A stretch of 64,000 nt of DNA from Candidatus Sumerlaeales bacterium (GTDB taxonomy: Bacteria; Sumerlaeota; Sumerlaeia; Sumerlaeales; Sumerlaeaceae). Within the stretch, counting starts at the first letter, position 1. Every line of letters starts with the position of its first letter. Both the position numbers and the translations under genes were made by a program. The stretch lies in assembly GCA_038243585.1 (NCBI GenBank), contig JBBSQY010000003.1, forward strand, positions 67,703-131,702, in the 5' to 3' direction. This document shows, piece by piece, positions 36,100 through 45,471 of this stretch. The notes beneath the pieces were generated by a model, which was not told the DNA's origin, did not search any database, and worked only from the letters and a program-made list of their open reading frames with translations.

Positions 36100-36438
36100 A
36101 TGAAACTTCTTAAATGCATTATACAGCCCCACAAATTAGAACAAGTAAAAGATGCCCTGAACAACATCGGCATCAAAGGCATGACCGTCACAGAGGTCAA
36201 AGGCTACGGCCGCCAGAGAGGGCATAAGGAAATTTACCGAGGTCTGGAGTACAATATCTTTTTCCTGCCGAAAATCGAACTAGAAGTGGCAGTAGAGGAC
36301 GACCTGATCGACGAAGCAGTCAAAGTAGTCATGGAGAACGCTCGGACAGGCCACATAGGCGACGGCAAAATCTTCGTGATGGACGTGCATAACGTATACC
36401 GTATCCGCACGGGAGAAGAAGGCGCAGACGCACTCTAG
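36100..36438 (+). CDS. glnK: P-II nitrogen regulatory protein
   Basis: 112 aa with GMTVTEVKGYGRQRG, T-loop YRGLEY, TGHIGDGKIFV and RIRTGE. Adjacent to amtB. Confidence 0.95.
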   Translation: MKLLKCIIQPHKLEQVKDALNNIGIKGMTVTEVKGYGRQRGHKEIYRGLEYNIFFLPKIELEVAVEDDLIDEAVKVVMENARTGHIGDGKIFVMDVHNVYRIRTGEEGADAL

Positions 36439-36457
36439 CCTATTCGATAAAGAATCA

Positions 36458-36499
36458 ATTTCAAGCCGGGTAAACAAAACAGTTTACCCGGCTTGAAAT
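36458..36499. terminator. Probable bidirectional intrinsic terminator between convergent glnK and UGM genes
   Basis: Perfect 18-bp inverted repeat ATTTCAAGCCGGGTAAAC / GTTTACCCGGCTTGAAAT. Confidence 0.8.
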
Positions 36500-36501
36500 A
36501 T

Positions 36502-37917
36502 TTAAGGCTTGTTCGCTTTTAACTCGGGACGACCCATGTTGTTAACGACTTCGGGATGCCATAAGGTTGTTTCGTCTGCCCCGTAGAGGACGTGGTTTAC
36601 CCACTCTACTCCCTGCATAAGGCTGTGATCCTGATTGCTGACTTCGTAGCGCCAAGCGCCAAAACGGCCGCGGCTGCCCACATCGCGCTTTTCCAACTCC
36701 GGTAGCAGGTCAAACATGATCGCGTCACGCTCGACGCTTGGTGTCGGGTAACCGTGTTCCAGGCGTATCTGCCAGGTGCTGATGATGTCGTCCCGGCTTT
36801 CAATCAGTTTCGTGTTCAGCATTCCCTGGATGACTTCTTCCAGCCGCTCTTCTGCAGTGGCAGCCACGGGTTTGTCCGGACTCTCGCTTACCTCAGCCAT
36901 CAGCGACCAGTGTTTTGTAATGTCTGGCACGTTATTGGGAGAATAGTTGCTGAAGACAGTCACCCGGTAGAACGGGCAATCGTCTTCCGGAAAATACATC
37001 CAGCATTTCTTTTCTACATCGGCGCGCGGTTTGCCTTTCAGGCCTACGCCAAAGATGTGGGTAGAGGAATACTTCAATCCCTTCGCCTTTTCCGCCAGCT
37101 CCGGAAGGTCGCTCATAGCCAGAAATTTGTCCACGGGAATGGTGCTCATGACCTGGTCATACTTTTCGACCGTGCCATCAGCCAGGGTGATTTCATGCTT
37201 CTCCGTGTCGACGCTGGTAATTTCCGCTCCGTATTTGACGTGTTCCTGTGGTAAACGGCGGGCGCACTCGCGCCAGACGGCTCCGGTTCCACCACGTTCG
37301 GGAAAACGGAAGGTGTTGTTTGGACCCCAGGACACCGCGTCCGCCTGGTCAAAAATATTATTAAGAACCTTCTCCAAATCGGTTACAGCGACCCGTTCTC
37401 CGATCCAGGTATAGTTCATCTTCTCCGGCTCGTAAGCCCAGACCTTATAGTTGTAAGGGCGCATAAATACACGGGCCAAACCCTCGCCAAAGGTAGCGTC
37501 GATCCACTCACCGAAGTTCGCGGGTTTGCCTGTAGGCGGATTCTTATAAAGGCGTACCAGCCCTGCAACGCACTCTTTCATTTCCTCATGAGGAAGGCGA
37601 CGAATGTTCATTTGGAAAGGGTAAGGCACAAACCGGTCGCGCAGCCAGACCCAGCTTTCCCGCTCATGATGAAGCCAACCATCCTTCCCCAGCAGATCAT
37701 CCATAAGATCATCAAAGTACTTATAATGGGAAAATTGAACGTGTCCTCCCAGGTCCCACGTAAAACCATTCTCATCCACCACCGACCCGGCAAGTCCACC
37801 GGCTTCCGGAGCTTTTTCGAGGAGAAGCCAGTTGTCATAACCAATTTCCGTCAGGCGATGGGCGGCGCCAAGGCCGGTAGGGCCGGCGCCAAGAATCAAA
37901 ATACGAGGGTTTTTCAC
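36502..37917 (-). CDS. FAD-dependent oxidoreductase, probable eukaryote-type UDP-galactopyranose mutase
   Basis: GAGPTG Rossmann motif, WDLGGHVQFSHY, CWMYFPEDDCPFYRVTVFSNYS, HGYPTP, SRGRFGAWRYEVSNQDHS. Confidence 0.8.
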   Translation of the reverse strand: MKNPRILILGAGPTGLGAAHRLTEIGYDNWLLLEKAPEAGGLAGSVVDENGFTWDLGGHVQFSHYKYFDDLMDDLLGKDGWLHHERESWVWLRDRFVPYPFQMNIRRLPHEEMKECVAGLVRLYKNPPTGKPANFGEWIDATFGEGLARVFMRPYNYKVWAYEPEKMNYTWIGERVAVTDLEKVLNNIFDQADAVSWGPNNTFRFPERGGTGAVWRECARRLPQEHVKYGAEITSVDTEKHEITLADGTVEKYDQVMSTIPVDKFLAMSDLPELAEKAKGLKYSSTHIFGVGLKGKPRADVEKKCWMYFPEDDCPFYRVTVFSNYSPNNVPDITKHWSLMAEVSESPDKPVAATAEERLEEVIQGMLNTKLIESRDDIISTWQIRLEHGYPTPSVERDAIMFDLLPELEKRDVGSRGRFGAWRYEVSNQDHSLMQGVEWVNHVLYGADETTLWHPEVVNNMGRPELKANKP

Positions 37918-38011
37918 AAGAAATCCTTAATTATATAATTACAGAAGCAATCTAACGTTTTTTCCGAAAACGGAATTACCTATTTCCGAAACAAAAACAT
38001 TAATAAAACCT

Positions 38012-38070
38012 GTTGGAAAAACATTCCTGACTATCCGGATGCGATGGAAAAGGCAGGAATGTCTATGTTA
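38012..38070. repeat. Degenerate inverted REP doublet
   Basis: GTTGGAAAAACATTCCTGACTATCC matches the 58768 REP at 20 of 25 positions and is followed by an inverted partner containing CAGGAATGT. Confidence 0.5.
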
Positions 38071-38125
38071 TTGCAGTGTTCAATATTAGCAATTAATACA
38101 CTGCTCCGGTAACTCCGAACCGGCC

Positions 38126-39370
38126 TTAGGCTTGGTAGTTCCGCAAAACGATGGTAGCGTTATGGCCGCCAAAACCCAGACTGTTGCTGATGGCGACTTT
38201 GACTTTGGAGTCAACGGCAGTAAGCGGCACGTAATCCAGATCACATTCCGGATCGGGGTTATCCAGATTAATCGTTGGTGGAATCCTTCCGTTAAGGATG
38301 GTCATCACGGTCGCCACAGCTTCAACGCCGCCCGCCGCGCCAATCAGGTGACCAATCATGCTCTTATTAGAAGAGATTTTCAGTTTATAAGCGTGGTCGC
38401 CAAACACAGATTTAAGAGCCATCGTTTCAAGTTTATCGTTTAACGGAGTGCTGGTGCCATGGGCATTCACATAATCCACATCCGTCGGCTGTAAGCCAGC
38501 CGTGCGGAGGGCCATGGCAATTGCGCGGGCACCGCCTTCGCCATTGGGCGCGGGGCTTGTGATGTGAAATGCATCTCCACTAAGTCCGTAGCCCACAATT
38601 TCTGCCAGGATGTTTGCGCCACGCTTTTGCGCGTGCTCCAGTTCCTCCAGAACCATCATGCCAGAACCCTCACCCATTACAAAGCCGTTTCGCTTCGCGT
38701 CAAATGGACGACTGGCCTGCTCAGGGGTATCGTTAGACGTGCTAAGCGCTCCCATATTCGCAAACGCAGCAATAGACAGCGGAGTAACAATGGATTCCGC
38801 GCCGCCGCACATCATCGCAGTAGCATCTCCCCGCTGCACGATGCGCCACGCATCGCCGATTGCGTGGGTTGCAGAGGCGCAAGCGGTAGTAATGGCGCTA
38901 TTCGGTCCCTTAAGCCCGAGATCAATGGAAACCATGCCTGCGGCCATGTTGGGGATCATCTTCGGAACCGTAAACGGCGAAACCCGGTTTGGCCCCTTGT
39001 TAATCAAAATTTCGTGCTGCTCTTCAATGGTCATAATGCCGCCCATGCCCACCCCAATGAGCGTCCCAAACATATAAGGATCGACGCTATCCATGTTTAT
39101 GCCGCTGTTTTTCAAAGCTTCTCGGGCGGCAATCATGGCAAACCGGGTGAAATGGTCCAGCTTCTTAAGTTCTTTGCGTTCGAAGTGATCTTCTGGAGTA
39201 ATATCTTTGACTTCACCCGCCATGCGCACCGCCGCCGTTGATGTATCGTAGCGGGTGATGGGACCAATGCCGGACTGTCCGGCCATCAGACCGTCCCAGT
39301 ATTTCTGCACACCAGTTCCAATAGGAGTAACGGCCCCCATACCGGTAATTACTACGCGTTTAATTTCCAT
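38126..39370 (-). CDS. fabF: 3-oxoacyl-ACP synthase II
   Basis: RVVITGMG, TACAS, SRPFD, NAHGTST, GHLIGAAG, SNSLGFGGHN. Lies downstream of acpP. Confidence 0.97.
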   Translation of the reverse strand: MEIKRVVITGMGAVTPIGTGVQKYWDGLMAGQSGIGPITRYDTSTAAVRMAGEVKDITPEDHFERKELKKLDHFTRFAMIAAREALKNSGINMDSVDPYMFGTLIGVGMGGIMTIEEQHEILINKGPNRVSPFTVPKMIPNMAAGMVSIDLGLKGPNSAITTACASATHAIGDAWRIVQRGDATAMMCGGAESIVTPLSIAAFANMGALSTSNDTPEQASRPFDAKRNGFVMGEGSGMMVLEELEHAQKRGANILAEIVGYGLSGDAFHITSPAPNGEGGARAIAMALRTAGLQPTDVDYVNAHGTSTPLNDKLETMALKSVFGDHAYKLKISSNKSMIGHLIGAAGGVEAVATVMTILNGRIPPTINLDNPDPECDLDYVPLTAVDSKVKVAISNSLGFGGHNATIVLRNYQA

Positions 39371-39452
39371 ATTTATAAAGCCTCAGATTATACATACTTA
39401 ATGGCATCGACGGTTCGCCGCGCACGACTGTTGGACGCTATTGCCAAAATAC

Positions 39453-39492
39453 AAAAAAGCGCGTCAGGCCATCCATAGAAGACCCGACGCGC
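39453..39492 (-). terminator. Intrinsic terminator/attenuator between acpP and fabF
   Basis: On the minus strand: GCGCGTCGGGTC...GGCCTGACGCGC stem followed by TTTTTT. Confidence 0.65.
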
Positions 39493-39544
39493 CTTGTTTG
39501 TCATATTTTCCCAGCCCGCGACTATTCGCGGCTACGACAGCTTA

Positions 39545-39787
39545 TTACTGGGCAGATCCCTGTTTACCTTCGATGTAAGAAACAGCATGGCCTACAGTGG
39601 TTACCTTTTCGGCGTCTTCATCAGGAATGTCGATGTTAAATTCCTCTTCGAATGCCATTACCAGTTCCACGATGTCCAGCGAATCGGCACCGAGGTCGTC
39701 TTTAAAAGACGCCTCATCAGTAACCTGCTCCTCATTCACTCCGAGTTGCTGGGCTACCAGTTCTTTAACTTTTTGAGCTACGGCCAT
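39545..39787 (-). CDS. acpP: Acyl carrier protein
   Basis: [20 protein letters not shown] phosphopantetheine motif. GGAGG upstream. Confidence 0.97.
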   Translation of the reverse strand: MAVAQKVKELVAQQLGVNEEQVTDEASFKDDLGADSLDIVELVMAFEEEFNIDIPDEDAEKVTTVGHAVSYIEGKQGSAQ

Positions 39788-40152
39788 TGTTGCCTCCGAT
39801 GTTTGTCAAGTTTCCTGCCTGCATTACATTCCAAGGAAGTCCGCAGATTCACAGAAATACCGCGCTACCTAAAAAATCCATAACAATGCACGTCAATAGA
39901 AATATTTTGGGCAGCAGAAAGAAAAACATCATTATCTGGAGTCATGGGTCAACCGCGAAGTTGCAGTCAGATAATAAAATCTGAAAATTCTCTCAACAAC
40001 TGGAATTTGCCGAAGATAAACAATTTCGCGGCGGCCAACGAAGAAAGCAATAATGTCAGGCGTTACTATCAAATTTTGTGGGACAAGCTTCTGAACGTTG
40101 AGCAAGATTATAAGTGTTGTCTTATACTGTATTAATCGAGAGGTCGAGCATC

Positions 40153-40479
40153 ATGTTTAGTTGGCTGGCTCCGTTTGTGGCGCTTTCCGTATTTTTGATT
40201 TACTATTTTTATGGGGCTAAACGCCGTGAGGGCGTACGCGATGTCATGCGTGAAGATTTAAATTTTTATCTGGTGTGCGTGCTGGCCGTGGCAGTGGTCT
40301 CAATAATTGCCAGCATACGCTACGAAAAAGACTGGTTTGATGTGGCGGTCTGGGTGCTGGCAGCGGTGGCGATTGGTGCAATGACCTGGCGGTTCATGTC
40401 CGCCACGCCCGTTGTGGCTAACACGGTCGCCCGGGGACCTCTGGAATCAAATGATGATATGAAGCAACGCGGTCGGTAA
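40153..40479 (+). CDS. Small hypothetical membrane protein (3 TM)
   Basis: Three hydrophobic segments. GAGG before the ATG at 40153. Fills an otherwise empty gap. Confidence 0.6.
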   Translation: MFSWLAPFVALSVFLIYYFYGAKRREGVRDVMREDLNFYLVCVLAVAVVSIIASIRYEKDWFDVAVWVLAAVAIGAMTWRFMSATPVVANTVARGPLESNDDMKQRGR

Positions 40480-40508
40480 ATGGCACATAACGTCCGCCTG
40501 TTACGTAG

Positions 40509-41771
40509 TTACTGGATTTGATTCTGCCGGGCGCTTTGACTTATAAGGGTTGGTTGTATTAAAAAGCCGTTAGAAAACTGCTCTGCGGTGGCATCTGGGT
40601 CAGTAATAGTAAATGAGTAGATTTTTTGATGCGCGTCGTAAAGGATTCCATAATCATCTGCGTCGCCAAGGGCTACCGTCATGAAATATGGTCCTGCTCG
40701 GAACGGTAACGCCGGAATTTGAAGTTTAAGGCGGGTCGTACCCTGCTTCAGAGAGTACGTCGTACCGTACTGGTTGCTGTCCGCCATAGAAACAGAACGT
40801 CCTGGACGTTCAAGGAAAAAGAATATCGATACATTATCGCGATCATTTTTCGCCTCGGCGTCAAAATGAACTTCCAGCGTCTGCCCAGGCTGAAAAAACC
40901 TTTGCCGAACACCGCTGGAATCGCATATTGTAACATTACGCATATTAATTTCCCCGGTTCCGAACCGGGAATAGGGGATAAGCGCCGAGAGTTCCGGCCG
41001 GCTACGCTTGGGATCACCATCAAGCAGATTTGCGAACTGAAAATGCTGGTATTCCTGGACAATATCCGTAATATCGCCGTCAGCCCTTACCTGGCCGCCG
41101 TGCATCCAGATGGCCCGTTCGCAAAGGCTCTCCACCATTTCAGGAACGTGAGAAACGTACAATAGCGTCGTTCCCTGCTCCTTCATATCCTCAAGTTTTT
41201 TCATGCACTTCCACATGAAGTAGCCGTCACCCACAGCCAGCGCTTCATCGATAATAAAGATTTCCGGATTTGTATGGACGGCTATGGCAAAGGCAAGTCG
41301 CAGAAACATTCCGCTGGAATAATGGCGTACCGGAGAATTGAGAAAAGTGCCAAGTTCGCAAAACTCTTCGATACTTTTAAGTTCCCGCCAGATATCAGGG
41401 CGCGTCATTCCCAACAGCGTGCCCTGCAGAAAGATATTTTCGTAGCCGGTCAGGTCACGATGAAACCCGGCACCGATATCAATGATGCCCCCGACCCGGC
41501 CGTTTACCTCGATGCCACCTTCCGTAATGGGGGTGATGCCGGTAATCATTCGAAGCAGGGTGCTTTTGCCGCTGCCGTTTATCCCCAGAAGCGCTACACT
41601 CTCACCTTTGTTGATAGTAAGGTCGATACCTCGCAAGGCCCAGTGTTGTCGAAGGTTCTGATCCCTGTGGGTAATGCGCCGAACCAGGCGCTTTACAGGA
41701 TTAGCATCGTTATCACGCAGGTAATAGCGCTTGCCCAGACCTGTACATTGAATTGCGGGTGATGGCTTCAT
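40509..41771 (-). CDS. wzt: Polysaccharide-export ABC ATPase with Wzt C-terminal domain
   Basis: WALRGI, GINGSGKST, GAGFHRDLTGYENI, YSSGMFLRLAFA, IDEALAVGD, then an RFGTGE C-terminal beta domain. Confidence 0.88.
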   Translation of the reverse strand: MKPSPAIQCTGLGKRYYLRDNDANPVKRLVRRITHRDQNLRQHWALRGIDLTINKGESVALLGINGSGKSTLLRMITGITPITEGGIEVNGRVGGIIDIGAGFHRDLTGYENIFLQGTLLGMTRPDIWRELKSIEEFCELGTFLNSPVRHYSSGMFLRLAFAIAVHTNPEIFIIDEALAVGDGYFMWKCMKKLEDMKEQGTTLLYVSHVPEMVESLCERAIWMHGGQVRADGDITDIVQEYQHFQFANLLDGDPKRSRPELSALIPYSRFGTGEINMRNVTICDSSGVRQRFFQPGQTLEVHFDAEAKNDRDNVSIFFFLERPGRSVSMADSNQYGTTYSLKQGTTRLKLQIPALPFRAGPYFMTVALGDADDYGILYDAHQKIYSFTITDPDATAEQFSNGFLIQPTLISQSARQNQIQ

Positions 41772-41802
41772 TATGCTGTGCGACTACGCGTCCTCAATCC
41801 AC

Positions 41803-42897
41803 TTAATTCCCGGATTGCAACTGGCCAAGCATTCGGGACAGCGATCCCTCAGTCGGGATCCGCTTGATATAGTCATGAGTGACATGGATCGCCGTTGCCG
41901 TGCTTTCCATGTCGCGGGTCATCATTACGTCCATAGTCATAGCGGCAGCCAATTGCTCGTCATCCGTTATATCCCACTCCGAGGTAGAATCAGCACCACC
42001 GGGTGGGCGGTGAGTTATAGCAAGGTCCGCGCTAACTCTAAATTTTTCCCTAGCCTCCCGCAGCTTGCCCATATCTCTCAGCACGTAACCCTGCATGAGA
42101 TAAAGCTCGTAAGCATTCGGATTTGACGCAACACCTTCATTTAAATACTTCAGCGCTTCGTTTCGCTGCTCCTCCGTTTTCATAGACTTTAACCACCAGG
42201 CACCGATCATGTAATTACGGACGTTATGGGGGTCAGACAACGTTGCAAGGCGGTACCAGGGCAGCAGTTCCGTGCCCGCCGTATGTTGATGAGGATCAGA
42301 AGGGTCACGCCACGGTTTAACCTGCCGTTCCAGGGAGCCAATAAAGCCTCGAAAGTCGCTGTCGGCAGTTTTAATTAAAGTTCTCACGACAGAATCATCA
42401 TGATCGTGTCCTTCGTGATCGCTGTGATCATGTCCCTCATGATCATGCCCCTCATGATCACTTGCCGCATCATCGGCGTGGTCATGGTTGTCCTCCTCAG
42501 CATGAGAAGCAACGGTGCCGGGCTTGATAGACAGTGCTTCGTTAATCTCGGGAGACGAGAGCTTATTCTCAAGCACCATTTCTCCGGCACTCGTGGCAGC
42601 GTCTGCGCTGCCAGTCTTCGCCATCGCACGCTCGTCGATGTGCGGTTCATAGCCCACTCCGCTATCCAGGTATCTCTCTGTTTTAACGAAGAGCATATCC
42701 CCCAGGTTTGTCCGGAATTCTCCTAACATAATCGCAAATGCGCTGGCGTTACGCGCCTGGCGTTGCGCCGGGGAATCACCCTCATTGGAGGTTGTGGCAG
42801 AAGGCAGTAGAGAGAGCAGCGCAGGCGACAACAGGAAGAAGGCGCTGCCAGCGATAAATATCTTTTTAACAGGAGACGATTGCCGGGAAGCGTTCAT
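41803..42897 (-). CDS. Membrane-anchored TPR protein with His/Asp-rich insert
   Basis: N-terminal hydrophobic helix, DHEGH repeats, ELLPWYRLATLSDPH, TPR EALKYLNEGVASNP. ATGA-coupled to the permease. Confidence 0.75.
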   Translation of the reverse strand: MNASRQSSPVKKIFIAGSAFFLLSPALLSLLPSATTSNEGDSPAQRQARNASAFAIMLGEFRTNLGDMLFVKTERYLDSGVGYEPHIDERAMAKTGSADAATSAGEMVLENKLSSPEINEALSIKPGTVASHAEEDNHDHADDAASDHEGHDHEGHDHSDHEGHDHDDSVVRTLIKTADSDFRGFIGSLERQVKPWRDPSDPHQHTAGTELLPWYRLATLSDPHNVRNYMIGAWWLKSMKTEEQRNEALKYLNEGVASNPNAYELYLMQGYVLRDMGKLREAREKFRVSADLAITHRPPGGADSTSEWDITDDEQLAAAMTMDVMMTRDMESTATAIHVTHDYIKRIPTEGSLSRMLGQLQSGN

Positions 42898-43691
42898 AGA
42901 GGTTTTCTTTCCAGCAGCATCATTGCCACACCCAGCGCAAACAGCGAAACAATAGCGCCGTAGCCGATCCTTATAATAAAATCGTATCCGGCCAGACCAG
43001 GCTCCCCGGCAGAGAAATTATTAACAAGGTCGAGGCGGCTAAAACCGGGAATGTAGTTCGTAATCCACTCGATGGCTGACTGCAGCGGGTTTAAGACAAA
43101 TAAGGATCGGATGATGTTGATCAGCGCACTCCCGGCGAAAATCACGAGAAAGGCAATAACAATGGCCATTGCCTTTGGCAGCCGGATGCTTAACGCGATC
43201 GAGATAGCCGCTGCCATGGAAAGCGCCGCCATTTCCAGAAAAAACACCTGGACCAGCAAACTTACGGATACCCCGGCAGGCCAGGGCGATGCCAGAAGCG
43301 CCAATAGATTCAGCGCCATCACAGTGGCCGTTCCTGCCAGCCAGGTTGCCAGCCATTTCCCAAGGATATATTGGCGCCGAGCCACCGGCTTCGCTAACAG
43401 CGGGTAAATTGATCGTTGTTCCAGCTCGTCCGGAAACTGCCGACCGGCAAGCAAGACTGTAACGATCATAGAAAGTATCCAGGCCAGTGACAGACCAAGA
43501 TTCTGGATAAAAGCGGCTGCGGCATTGGACTCGGCTCCGACGAAACGCGCCGTGATGGCTCCGACTATGAACAGGCCCATAAACAAGAATACGACAGAAA
43601 TTTCGCGCCGTCTGACCGCTTCCAGAAACACGCCTCTGCATAGCCAGTACATTACCGCGCTTGATTTTACGGCAGAAGCGCTGGCGCTCAT
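42894..43691 (-). CDS. ABC transporter permease (ABC-2 / PilI-like)
   Basis: 6 TM with ELEQRSIYPLLAKPVARRQYILGKWL. Confidence 0.85.
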   Translation of the reverse strand: MSASASAVKSSAVMYWLCRGVFLEAVRRREISVVFLFMGLFIVGAITARFVGAESNAAAAFIQNLGLSLAWILSMIVTVLLAGRQFPDELEQRSIYPLLAKPVARRQYILGKWLATWLAGTATVMALNLLALLASPWPAGVSVSLLVQVFFLEMAALSMAAAISIALSIRLPKAMAIVIAFLVIFAGSALINIIRSLFVLNPLQSAIEWITNYIPGFSRLDLVNNFSAGEPGLAGYDFIIRIGYGAIVSLFALGVAMMLLERKPL

Positions 43692-44464
43692 AGCGGACGC
43701 CTCCTAAAGCTGATATAGGATAGGCTCGCATAAAGAATACCATAGACAAGCCCATAACCGGTAAGCTGCAACATCGTCGTCAGCGGCAATGGCGACCACG
43801 CCTCCGAATGAACGGTCTTCGCCGATAAATCAAAAAGCGTCAGCTGCGGCAAAATATAAGTCAGGGCCAGCAGGCATAAGCGGCCAAAGTCAGACACCAG
43901 GTCATACAGAAACGTCGTGGCCGAAGTTATGACGGCAGAGGTCGCGTAAAAAAGGACGCCTATAGTGATGGCCGCGTCCAGGTTCAGTAGCAAGCTCAGC
44001 CAAAATGACATCCCCGCCAGGATAAGCATCATGATCATTTGAAGGTAGATGAACTGGAGCGTTAGCCCCCAAGGCACAGAGGCCCCAAGGTAGGCAGACC
44101 CCCCAACAAACACCAGCATGAACAGAGCAAGGCAAAAGGCTGCCGCCAGCAGAACTCCCAACAGTTTGCCCACCAGGAATGTCCACCGGCTGATAGGTTT
44201 TGCCAGTAGAGGATAAATAGTGCGGTTAGAGAATTCCCTCGGAAGTTGTCTCGACGCCAGCACAACCGTGGTTATGGCCGTCGCCACGCTCATTATTTTA
44301 AGAGCGGTCTCCCGATAAAACTTGGAAACCCCTTCGAGATTAAAAAAATTAACGGTCATGATTCCGCCAATTAGAAGCAGTGACAACAAGACAACCGCGT
44401 AAATTTCTTTACGCCGAACGGCTTCCAGCAGCACGCCGCGAGCTATTAACCAGATCTGTCTCAT
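43688..44464 (-). CDS. ABC transporter permease (ABC-2 / PilI-like)
   Basis: 6 TM with EFSNRTIYPLLAKPISRWTFLVGK. Paralogous to the adjacent permease. Confidence 0.85.
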   Translation of the reverse strand: MRQIWLIARGVLLEAVRRKEIYAVVLLSLLLIGGIMTVNFFNLEGVSKFYRETALKIMSVATAITTVVLASRQLPREFSNRTIYPLLAKPISRWTFLVGKLLGVLLAAAFCLALFMLVFVGGSAYLGASVPWGLTLQFIYLQMIMMLILAGMSFWLSLLLNLDAAITIGVLFYATSAVITSATTFLYDLVSDFGRLCLLALTYILPQLTLFDLSAKTVHSEAWSPLPLTTMLQLTGYGLVYGILYASLSYISFRRRPL

Positions 44465-45396
44465 TGCCGCGTTCCAGCAGAGTTCCTGACGAGGTCTATA
44501 AAATAATCTTCCAGGGAACGCCTTTTCGATTCAGTAGAGAGAATACTACAACCATTGCGGGCCAGCTTTGCAACTGCGTCAGCATATTGAGCCTGGCCGC
44601 TGGATTCCAGCGTCCATCCAGCATTACCCTGTTTCGGCCCTAGGGCGGCAATCTCCGCAGGCAACTCACCCGAGGCTGTAAAACCCACCTCGAACACGTT
44701 CAGCGGTTCCATTAAGTCCGCCACGGCGGCCCGGGCGACTATGACGCCCTCGTTAATCATAATGACGCGGTCGCAAAGGGATTCCACTTCTGAAAGCTCA
44801 TGGGAGCTGAAAAAAATGGTCGTGCCTTCAGACTTTAATCGAAGCAGAACCTGCCTCAGGTCATGGCGCCCCAATGGATCAAGCCCGCTGGACAACTCAT
44901 CGAAGATCAAGGCTTCCGGTTTGGCTATAATTGCCTGGGCGATGCCCAGTCGCTGCTGCATACCCTTCGAAAAATTTTTGAGCAGCTGGTTGCCTTTTCC
45001 GCCAAGGCCGACTTCCTCAAGAAGAGATGGGATACGCTGTTTTAAATCCGCGCGGGTCAGGCCCTGCAATCCACCGTAAAGTTCCAGCAGTTCACGCGCC
45101 TTCATGAAAGGGTAATAAAGGGCCACCTCCGGCAGATACCCAAGGCGCCGACGACTTTCTACGCTGCCCGCTGCCTCACCAAACATACGCACTGTACCGG
45201 ACGCTGGAAACACGAATCCCATCAGCGTTTTCATCGTCGTCGATTTTCCAGCACCGTTAGCCCCGATAAACCCTACGCACTCTCCGGGGTCCACCGTAAA
45301 TGATATCCCCTGGACGGCGCGATGAGTCTGCCGACCGTTTCGATACTCCACCACAAGGTCCTGCACTTCAATTACAGGAATAGAACCAGGCGGCAT
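44461..45396 (-). CDS. ABC transporter ATP-binding protein
   Basis: GANGAGKST, FSKGMQQRLG, IFDE, SSH switch motif, SLEDYF. Confidence 0.93.
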   Translation of the reverse strand: MPPGSIPVIEVQDLVVEYRNGRQTHRAVQGISFTVDPGECVGFIGANGAGKSTTMKTLMGFVFPASGTVRMFGEAAGSVESRRRLGYLPEVALYYPFMKARELLELYGGLQGLTRADLKQRIPSLLEEVGLGGKGNQLLKNFSKGMQQRLGIAQAIIAKPEALIFDELSSGLDPLGRHDLRQVLLRLKSEGTTIFFSSHELSEVESLCDRVIMINEGVIVARAAVADLMEPLNVFEVGFTASGELPAEIAALGPKQGNAGWTLESSGQAQYADAVAKLARNGCSILSTESKRRSLEDYFIDLVRNSAGTRQ

Positions 45397-45471
45397 AGTT
45401 GGTTTCCTTTAGACTTAAGAATAATAAATTCAAATAAGAAGTTCGGGCAACAAGAGTGGCAGGTCAAGATG

